Below the pieces are notes generated by a model, which saw nothing but the letters and a program-made list of their open reading frames with translations, made no database searches and was not told the origin of the DNA. DNA of 30,057 nt, counting the filler, from an uncultured bacterium (GTDB taxonomy: Bacteria; DAOPZR01), in assembly GCA_964637655.1 (NCBI GenBank). It is 17 parts of 17 records of this genome, joined end to end, with 100 filler letters (N's around TTAATTAATTAA, not from the genome) between each part and the next. Parts side by side here need not be neighbours in the genome. Positions count along the whole stretch, not along the records: positions 21,800 to 23,415 come from CAZWUZ010000481.1; positions 23,516 to 25,125 come from CAZWUZ010000482.1; positions 25,226 to 26,770 come from CAZWUZ010000483.1; positions 26,871 to 28,415 come from CAZWUZ010000484.1; positions 28,516 to 30,057 come from CAZWUZ010000485.1; 12 more parts are not named here. One strand, 5' to 3'. Each line of letters begins with the position of its first letter. Position 1 is the stretch's first letter. The translations under genes and the position numbers were made by a program. Below are positions 22,351-30,057 of this stretch, piece after piece.

Positions 22351-23009
22351 CCCGGAACCGCGTCGGCAATGGCCTGTGTCGCGGCGTGTTCGTCGGCCGA
22401 CCCGATAAGCAGCCGCCGCGCCTGCGGGAACTGCCGCAGCAGCGCGGCCCACGCCGCGGCCGGCCAGCGCTTGCTCGCCCAGCGCGCGTTCGGGTTGGCC
22501 ACCAGCAGCGGACCGTTACCCGGGCAGAGCGCGGCGAGTTTCGCCGTGACGCCCTCGCGCGGTGCGCCCGTCACCCCGTACTGCGGCGGCGTGCTGCGGT
22601 CGGTGCCGAACGCGGTACCGAGGCGGCGGTAGCGCAGCAGCGCATGCTCGTCCCACCCCGCCGCGGGGAGTCGCTCGTCGTACAACCAGGCCACCGGCTC
22701 GCGTGGCAGGTCTAGCCCGACGAGGCGACCGCCCGCGCACTTCGCGGGGAGCGCCGACTTCCAGAGCCCCTGCGCGTCGATGACCGCGGCGAACTGTTCG
22801 CGGCGCAGCGCGGCAACCGTTGCTGTCGCGCCGCTGAGCCCCTGCCACGCATGCACGCGGCTGACCGCAGTGCAGGCGGTGACCAGCGGCGCATACGCGG
22901 CATTGACCAGCCAGTGCACCTCGTGTCCCGCGCGGGCCAGGTCAGCGGCCAGCGGCAGCGTCATCACCACATCACCCAGCGCGGAGAGCCGCACGATGAG
23001 GACTTTCAC
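22351..23009 (-). CDS. LPS heptosyltransferase (GT9, WaaC/WaaF-like), N-terminal two thirds
   Basis: MKVLIVRLSALGDVV, IDAQGLWKSA, PNARWASKRWP. Confidence 0.88.
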
Positions 23010-23092
23010 CGTTGCCGCGCTCCGCGGCGCGTCAGCCGCGCCGCATGGTGAACCGGGAGACGCACGATGAGCAGTTTCATCGCCGTGCGCCT

Positions 23093-23415
23093 TTATGCCG
23101 CCACGGCGCGGTAGACGTCTTCGAGTTGATCGAGCGTCGCCTGCCAGGTGTAGCGGTGCAGTGCCTCGTCATGACCCGCCGCGCCGAGGCGCGCGCGCAG
23201 CGGTGCGTCCGCGAGCAGCCGCGCAATGGCGTCAGCCAGTGCCGTGCTGTCATTGGGCTCGACCAGCAGCCCGGTCTGCCCGTCGCTGACCAGTTCCGCG
23301 ACGTTGGGGATGCGCGTGGCGACCACGGGCACGCGTTGCGCCCACGCCTGCAGCAGCGCCTGCGGCACCCCTTCCCCCCCGGTGGAGGGGTGGGCGAGCA
23401 CATCGAGCGCGGCGA
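23093..23415 (-). CDS. GT4 glycosyltransferase C-terminal fragment
   Basis: PS..EGVPQALLQA...PVVAT.....ELVSDGQTGLLV. Confidence 0.85.
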
Positions 23416-23515
23416 NNNNNNNNNNNNNNNNNNNNNNNNNNNNNNNNNNNNNNNNNNNNTTAATTAATTAANNNNNNNNNNNNNNNNNNNNNNNNNNNNN
23501 NNNNNNNNNNNNNNN

Positions 23516-24253
23516 GTGATTGTCCAGTCCGAAACGCTGCCAGCAGACCGCCTCCTGCCGCGTCAGTCCCGCCTGCGCGAAGACCTGCCGCAGCGCGGAA
23601 ATGCTGTAGACGTACGGGTGCATCGGCTGGAAGTAGAAATCCTTGTAGGCAGTGCAGCCGTAAAGCGACAGCAGCGGGTCGGCGGCGTGCGGCACCTCGA
23701 TAATAATACTCCCGCCAGGCGCGAGCAGTTCGCGGCAGCGCTGCAGGAACGGCAGCGGCGCACTGATATGCTCGAAGACATGAAAGGCGCAGATACGGTC
23801 GAACGTTTCCCCGGCCGGGACGTCGGCGAGGTCGGCATAGACCGCCTGCGCAAAGCGCGCGCTGTAGTCGCGATTGGGAGCGCACGGCTCGATAGCCGCC
23901 TTGTACGGCACGTCCGTCAATAATTCGAGAAACGCGCCGGTCAGCGCCCCGATCTCGAGACAGCGGGCGGACCCGGCAAACCGCTCCCCGATGAACGCAT
24001 GGCGCAGCGCCACTCCCGGGCGGTTCTTCGCATGCACTTCCTCCGGGGTCGTCGTCACCGCCACCCCGCGTGCCTGCACATGCGTGTTGAAGTCAGCGTA
24101 AAAAGCCGCCTCTTCCGCCGCCGTCATCGGCGGATCGATAAAGAACATCGCACACGCCGGGCAGCGGTAGACCTGCGCCTGCGGGCGTGACCAGACCGTG
24201 CCGTGGTACAGTTCGCCGGCGACATCCGGACAGACGGGGCAGGTCGGGGTCAT
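23516..24253 (-). CDS. Class I SAM-dependent methyltransferase with N-terminal Zn-ribbon, 3'-truncated
   Basis: CPVC...CPAC; LEIGALTG motif I; FHVFEHI; LAPGG..IIEVP. Confidence 0.85.
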
Positions 24254-24254
24254 G

Positions 24255-24690
24255 TCAGGTGTGGCGGAAACCGCGCCAGTCGCGGTTATGCCCGCTGTAG
24301 AGTTCGCGCAGTTCAGCCATCGCGGCACCCGTCTTGAGGCGATAGTTTATCCATGCGGTAGCAGAAATCACACTGAAACGGGCAGCCGCGCCCGGAGAGC
24401 ACCGGCAGCGCGAAGGTCTCGGGCGGCACATGCGGGAAGCGGATGAGACGGTAGTAGGACATGGGGAACAGGTCGTAGGCCGGCAGCGGGACAGCATCGA
24501 TGTCGCGGATGTTTTCGCGCGGCGTCTCGACGACGGTCTGCTCCCCGTCACGCCAGGCCACGCCGGCAATGCCTGCCGGCGTTTTCCCCGCCGCCACCGC
24601 GGCGCAGAGTTCCATCATCGTCACTTCCCCCTCGCCGATGACGACCGCGTCCGCCGCGCAGACGCGCAGGAAGTAGTCCGGGTCGGGCGA
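24255..24690 (-). pseudogene. B12-binding radical SAM protein remnants (middle segment plus out-of-frame C-terminus)
   Basis: SPDPDYFL...IGEGE...GRGCPFQCDFCYRMD, then an abrupt jump to a ...WRGFRHT* tail in another frame. Confidence 0.7.
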
Positions 24691-25125
24691 CCCGCCACTT
24701 CGCGCACTGCCGCGGCACCACGTTGTGCCGCCCCGTCACGCAGATCGATATTATAGCGCAAAAACGCGCGCGCCGCCTCCTGCCGTTGCGGGGACGGGAC
24801 CAGCGCCTGCGCCAGCGCCTGCGGCAGTTCGTCCGGATGATACGCACCCGTCGCCGCGCCCGACGCCACGTAGGGCATCGGGTCGGGCCGCCCGCTGAAA
24901 TTGACCGTCAGCACGGGAACGTCAAGTGCCATCGCCTCGAAGGCCGAGGTGGAGAAACAGGTGACGAGCAGGTCAGCCGCGGCCAGCAGGTCGAGCAGCG
25001 ATGCGGCGCAGTCAGCCACCGTGCCGGCGGCCCCGGCCGTAGCCAGCACCTCGCGGTACGGATGCCCCAGGTCCTCATGATGGGGCTTGAGGAGCAGGAA
25101 TACCGGCGGTGACAGTGCCGCCGCT
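24691..25125 (-). CDS. GT-B fold polysaccharide biosynthesis protein fragment (CDP-glycerol transferase / UDP-GlcNAc 2-epimerase-like C-terminus)
   Basis: LKPHH, ADLLVTCFSTSAFEAMALDVPV, DGAAQR motifs. Confidence 0.65.
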
Positions 25126-25407
25126 NNNNNNNNNNNNNNNNNNNNNNNNNNNNNNNNNNNNNNNNNNNNTTAATTAATTAANNNNNNNNNNNNNNNNNNN
25201 NNNNNNNNNNNNNNNNNNNNNNNNNGAAGTGCCGGCCCGACCCTCCCGGCTGGCCAGCGCACCATTTTCTGAGGAACTGCGCCGTATGCCGCAACCTTGA
25301 TCCCGGTTTGTTAATGCTGTAATCTTACGGGCGATAGGTGAATTTCCCAATGGGGATAGGTTGCCGACACTTCGTTCATGTGGCGCTCATTCTAAGGTGT
25401 TTTTATT

Positions 25408-25921
25408 ATGCGCAGTTTGAACAGGGGGTTCTGCGGGGTTCTGGCGGCTGGTGCCTTCTTTTGGATGTTGTCGTCTGCCGCCTTGCCGCTGTCCGCCCAG
25501 CAGTATTCTGAACAAGACATCGCCGACCGCCAAACTGTCGCGTATCCGCTCCAGCGGCTGCAGCGCGATTGGATTTATCAGGATCTCGAATCTCTCAAAG
25601 GCAATAGCGTTTTCAACTCCAAAACAACCAACGCGGCGGAAAAGAAACTGATGGCCTCCGTGTTGGGCGGGCTCAAAGCCGTTGGCGCAGGAAAAGCTGC
25701 CGGAGAGATTGAAAAAGCTTTCAAAAAGCTTTCCGACTCGGGCAAGCCCGGGGCCGACCCCGCGTGGCAGGATCTCTATTTTCGGGCGTGCGGCCTCCGC
25801 CGCAAGGAGCGCCTGGAACTTGCCTTCAAAGGCCAGCCCAGGACGTTCATCTACGCGAAGCACTTCGTTTTCGGCGACGCCCAGGCCATGTTCGCGATGA
25901 CCGACCATCTGACCGACGCCG
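25408..25921 (+). CDS. Secreted hypothetical protein, N-terminal part
   Basis: Signal peptide (…AALPLSAQ); frame loses coding character near 25920. Confidence 0.6.
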
Positions 25922-26647
25922 TGGCACGTCTACCGCGACAAGATGCGGCAGATATACCTTTACTTCGAAGCCAAGCGTCTCCGCGCGGCTGAACTGGAAA
26001 CGGACGCCATCGCCAAGCTCATCCAGCGCACGGACACGAGCAAGGCGTTCTCGCCGTCCGACTTTTCCGCCTTCGACTTCGGCGGCAAGGCGGCGCAGTC
26101 GCAGTTTGTGGCGGACTACGACAACCTTTCTGCCGCCGTTCCGATTTTCGGACTGGCCGGGGGCCGCGCCGCGCGCGGCGGCAGCAACGTGTCCGGCAAT
26201 CCGGTTCGTAATCTCGCGCTCACCCCGGACGCTTACGCATACTGGCTGAGGAGTTACCCGCGCGTCACCGCCAACTCGCACTTCAAATATCTTCCGCAGT
26301 GCTCGCCCGTGTGCGCGATCGACGGCAAGCGCGACGCCTCGTGCTGGCGGCCCGACCGCCGCACGGATCTGTGGCTCAACGTCGAGTTCGGTCGCGAAAT
26401 CACGGCAGAGAAGGTTGTCCTGACGCTGGCGCTGAAACCGCGGCAGACCAACGCCTGGACCTCCGCCACGCTGGAATTCTCAAACGGCGACAAGCTGGGC
26501 GTTGCGCTCTGCTGCACGGCCGAGCCGCAGGGATTCGCATTCCCGGCCAAAAACTGCGCTTGGGTGAAGCTGACAGGCCTGAAACAAAACTTTCCGCTCG
26601 CCGACAATGGCATCTCCGAATTCGAGGTCTGGGGCGCCGACAAGTAG
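25913..26647 (+). CDS. Hypothetical protein C-terminal part with discoidin / F5-8 type C-like domain
   Basis: NLAL...AIDG...W...WLNVEFG...ISEFEVWG pattern. Confidence 0.65.
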   Translation, partial: PTPWHVYRDKMRQIYLYFEAKRLRAAELETDAIAKLIQRTDTSKAFSPSDFSAFDFGGKAAQSQFVADYDNLSAAVPIFGLAGGRAARGGSNVSGNPVRNLALTPDAYAYWLRSYPRVTANSHFKYLPQCSPVCAIDGKRDASCWRPDRRTDLWLNVEFGREITAEKVVLTLALKPRQTNAWTSATLEFSNGDKLGVALCCTAEPQGFAFPAKNCAWVKLTGLKQNFPLADNGISEFEVWGADK

Positions 26648-26870
26648 ACTAAGACGCCGAGCGGCAACGAATACGCTTGTCCGTAAACCGCAGCAGTCAT
26701 ACAATCTTTTTCACTAGGGATAAAACGCTATCAGTTCGGACAATAGGAGAGCAGATGAATAACGTTGTTANNNNNNNNNNNNNNNNNNNNNNNNNNNNNN
26801 NNNNNNNNNNNNNNTTAATTAATTAANNNNNNNNNNNNNNNNNNNNNNNNNNNNNNNNNNNNNNNNNNNN

Positions 26871-27381
26871 GCCGCTCCCCGTCGGCTGCGGGCAGACCAT
26901 TTCGCAGCCGTACATCGTCGCGCTGATGGCGGAACTGCTGCAGGTGCCGCCCGGGGCGCGGGTGCTGGAAGTCGGGCTCGGCAGCGGGTATGCCGCGGCG
27001 GTGCTCGCGGCCATGGGCTGCCGCGTGCATGCGGTGGAGATCATTCCCGCCCTGGCGGCGCGCGCGGCGGCCGTCCTGCGCGCGCTCGGCGCTGACGTGC
27101 GGGTGCAGGTGGCGGACGGCTATGACGGCTGGGCACGCGCGGCCCCGTTTGCCGGTATCCTCGTCTCCGCCGCGCCGCGCCGGGTGCCGCCGCCGCTGCT
27201 GGCGCAGCTCGCGGACGGGGGGCGGCTGGTGCTTCCCGTCGGCGACGAGGAACAGCTATTGCAGGTCTATACGCGCCGGGGCGAGACGTTCCGCGCGACA
27301 GCGGTATGCGGCGTGCGGTTCGTGCCGCTGACCGGCCAGGGAGTGTGCCATGAGCAGCGCCTTTATCGTTCTGACGACTGA
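26871..27381 (+). CDS. pcm: Protein-L-isoaspartate O-methyltransferase, 5'-truncated
   Basis: GQTISQPYIVALM, VLEVGLGSGY, DGYDGW..APF, QLADGGRLVLPVG, VRFVPL. Confidence 0.93.
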
Positions 27382-28243
27382 CTGCCCCCGGCAGTGCGCG
27401 TGGTGCTGCAACACGTTCACGCCGCCGCGCGCGGGCGACCGGCTGCGCGGCAGCGCGCCGCGCGCGCTCGACCGCCTGCAGGCGCTGGGCATACGCCACC
27501 TGATTATCACCGGCGGGGAACCGGCGGCTGTGCCGGAAGTGACGGAGTGGCTGCGCGGCGCTGGCGCGCACGGGATGAGCACACTGCTGCTCACGGCGAC
27601 GCCGCTGACGGCACCGCGGGTACAGGACTGGCGTGACGCGGGACTGTCGGCGCTCACCTGCTCGCTCCCGGAAGCGGTGATGCCGGGCGCCACGCCGGAC
27701 AGGGTGGTGGAACAGGCGCGCCGGCAGGTGACCACCGCCCGCGCCGGCGGTATCGACGCGGTCACGCTCCTCGCCTGCGTCACGCGTGACAACCTCGCGG
27801 TGATCAGCGCGCTCGACACCGTGGCGGATGAACTGGAATGCCCGCTGCTGCTGCAGCCGCTGGTGGTCCCGGCCGACCATGTGGACTATCCGCGTACGCT
27901 CGCCGGGCTGCAAGGCGAGGGGTGGGAACAACTCGACGACGTGCTGCGTCCCTGGGCCGAGAAACAGAAATGCAACGGATATCTGCAGTTGTGGCTTGAC
28001 CTCTACCTCGAATTGGGCAACAACCCCGTCTCCTGCTTCATGGGGAGCGATGCGCTGGTAGTCGATCCCGACGGCAGCGTTTTCGCCTGTTTCCACCGGC
28101 GTGACAAACCCTGCGGCAACCTGCTTGATGACGACCCGCAGGGCATCCTGCTGCACCTCTTTGCGGTCAACGACGAGGTGATAGACGCCCCCTGCTTCGG
28201 CCGGCACTGCCTGTCGCTGTTTGCTGGCAGCAGCGGCGCTTGA
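27350..28243 (+). CDS. Radical SAM protein with C-terminal SPASM/Twitch-like domain
   Basis: CPRQCAWC, TGGEP, CFMG..LVVDPDGSVFAC...CGN, distal CxxxxC. Confidence 0.85.
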   Translation: MSSAFIVLTTDCPRQCAWCCNTFTPPRAGDRLRGSAPRALDRLQALGIRHLIITGGEPAAVPEVTEWLRGAGAHGMSTLLLTATPLTAPRVQDWRDAGLSALTCSLPEAVMPGATPDRVVEQARRQVTTARAGGIDAVTLLACVTRDNLAVISALDTVADELECPLLLQPLVVPADHVDYPRTLAGLQGEGWEQLDDVLRPWAEKQKCNGYLQLWLDLYLELGNNPVSCFMGSDALVVDPDGSVFACFHRRDKPCGNLLDDDPQGILLHLFAVNDEVIDAPCFGRHCLSLFAGSSGA

Positions 28244-28515
28244 CGGCGACGGGGAACGATGGTAGATTTGCCCCTGTTGCCGGCACGGTCGCGGCAGCGG
28301 AGCGGTGATGACGGATCCGGGTGCAGGTGAACTGCAGCAGCGGCTGACAGAACGGTTCGGGGACCGCGTGCGCGCGTGCGTGGTCGCCATGAACGCCGCG
28401 GGCATCGACACCAGCNNNNNNNNNNNNNNNNNNNNNNNNNNNNNNNNNNNNNNNNNNNNTTAATTAATTAANNNNNNNNNNNNNNNNNNNNNNNNNNNNN
28501 NNNNNNNNNNNNNNN

Positions 28516-28844
28516 GCATCCCGTCGACCACGCGGCAGTGGGTATACGAAATCGACGAAAAGACCGGAGTTGAGACAAAGCGCGAGGTTGAAACCCCAAC
28601 GTCAACCGAAGTCATTATCAATTTCCCGATCCTCATCCACCGAAACATCAAGGAAGAGACGGAAGCGCTTGTGATGGCGCGCAATAACGGATGGATCAGC
28701 GACAGCACTGCCAGTCAGCGGTTGGGATTCGACTACCAAGAAGAACAGCGCAAGCTGCTGCGCGAGTCGGTCAACGGCGATAACCGGCACGACAAGAATC
28801 CCGAACCGTTGCCGCGCCCGGCAGGCGAGGAAGGTCAGGAATGA
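28516..28844 (+). CDS. Probable phage portal protein, C-terminal fragment (not in ORF track)
   Basis: Manual translation ...VIINFP...GWISDSTASQRLGFDYQEEQRKL...; stop overlaps the ATG of the head morphogenesis gene. Confidence 0.6.
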
Positions 28845-29878
28845 CCACCGCGACCATGCTGTTAGAGGCGCGCGGTGGATCGCGGGCGCGCGCAGTGCGC
28901 GCTGCAGCAGTTCGCGGGCGTAATTCCTGGGTGACGTACATGCGCACTACCGACGCTGATCTGCGGGCACTGTTCGCAGAAGTCAGCGACAGTATTGCCG
29001 ATGCAATCGATGAAGCGACCGTTGACGGAGTGCTGGCTATCGGCAACCAGCGCTGGCTGCTTGAGCGCATCAAGGGAGAGTTTGCCGCGCTGCGCCCGCG
29101 CCTCACGGGCAAGATCAAGGCCCAGATGGGGCAGTCGCTCGATCTCGGGCTCAAAGCCGCGATTCTGCAGGCAGTTGAAGCCGCCAGCGGTACGTCGCGC
29201 AAGGCGACCATCGGGACGTCCTATGTTGGAAAGTCAGGACGCGTGCACCGCCATGACGCGCAGCGCGAAGCCCTTGCCGACAGCGAATGGAAGCGTATCC
29301 ATGCCGCGGCGATGGCCGACCTCATGCGGGTTATCCCCAATAAAACCGACCTGCACGAATGCCGCGAAGGATGCAGCTGCCGTGATCTGCATGAGGCGAC
29401 GGCGCCGGCAGACGGTCTGTCTCTTTCCGCGCGTGTGTGGAACCTGACCGCTGAGGCAGAAAAGTCGATTACCGCCGCAGTGAATACAGGGGTGGTTACC
29501 GGGATGAGCGCCTACCGTATCGGACGGCAGGTGCGTCGTTTCCTGCGTGACCCGCAGCAGAGCGCATCTGGCGCGCCGGTGCGCGGGGATTGGACCGTGG
29601 CACCAGGCCGCGGCGTCTATCGCAGCGCGTACAAGAACGCGCAGCGGCTGTCGCGCACGGAAAACACGCGCGCTTTCGGCGAAGGTGTTCAGCGGTTTGC
29701 GGCCGAGCGCGACTGGATCGTGGGCAATACGTGGGTGGCGGAAGATGAAGCGTGTGACGCCTGCCAGGAGATGGACGGGAAATTCTTCCCCAAGGGGGCG
29801 AACATCCCGTATCCGCTGCACCCGCACTGTTTTTGCTACCTCGAACTGACGACCGACGAAATGCGGGCGGCGGCATAG
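28841..29878 (+). CDS. Phage head morphogenesis / minor capsid protein (SPP1 gp7 / Mu F-like)
   Basis: LSARVW, AQRLSRTENTRA, CDAC..MDG, YPLHPHCFC motifs. Confidence 0.85.
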   Translation: MTTATMLLEARGGSRARAVRAAAVRGRNSWVTYMRTTDADLRALFAEVSDSIADAIDEATVDGVLAIGNQRWLLERIKGEFAALRPRLTGKIKAQMGQSLDLGLKAAILQAVEAASGTSRKATIGTSYVGKSGRVHRHDAQREALADSEWKRIHAAAMADLMRVIPNKTDLHECREGCSCRDLHEATAPADGLSLSARVWNLTAEAEKSITAAVNTGVVTGMSAYRIGRQVRRFLRDPQQSASGAPVRGDWTVAPGRGVYRSAYKNAQRLSRTENTRAFGEGVQRFAAERDWIVGNTWVAEDEACDACQEMDGKFFPKGANIPYPLHPHCFCYLELTTDEMRAAA

Positions 29879-29889
29879 GAGAGTCAACG

Positions 29890-30057
29890 GTGAAGAAAAA
29901 GGACACGAAGGCGGCCGATCTGACGATGATCGCCGACCTGAAGGAGTCGAAGGTAGACAAGCAGAATCGCACAATCACAGGTGTGGTGCTGCTGCGTCGC
30001 TACTCATACGACAAGGATGGCAAACTCCGCCGGGAATACACCGACGAAGCGCTGTCA
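29890..30057 (+). CDS. Probable phage prohead protease/scaffold, N-terminal fragment
   Basis: GTG start after AGGAGA; MKKKDTKAADLTMIADLKESKVDKQNRTITGVVLL...REYTDEAL; position after portal and gp7-like genes. Confidence 0.5.
   Translation, partial: MKKKDTKAADLTMIADLKESKVDKQNRTITGVVLLRRYSYDKDGKLRREYTDEALS

Overview
This window is not one locus. It is 17 unrelated short contigs (about 1.5-1.8 kb, in descending length order) from a GC-rich bacterial draft or MAG, joined by artificial 100-nt linkers (44 N + TTAATTAATTAA + 44 N). Contents: housekeeping fragments (ileS, fba-gap-pgk, rpoC, pcm, tmRNA), LPS/polysaccharide genes, signalling and motility genes (Wsp-like MCP/CheW, Tad CpaE/CpaF, HDOD, FliG-C domain protein, histidine kinases) and prophage pieces (integrase, DUF2958, portal/head genes). 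Main signals: (1) two contigs carry the two halves of what looks like one tmRNA-adjacent tyrosine integrase, split at its HDLRH catalytic motif, with a perfect 29-bp inverted repeat of RIT-element type at both break points; (2) an uncharacterised Asp/Gly-rich protein with a near-consensus sigma-28 promoter and CsrA-type sites, i.e. flagellin-like regulation; (3) a 70-bp duplication of a histidine kinase start that creates a 43-aa copy-cat ORF. Several contigs also contain chimeric or deletion junctions that are probably assembly or amplification artefacts.
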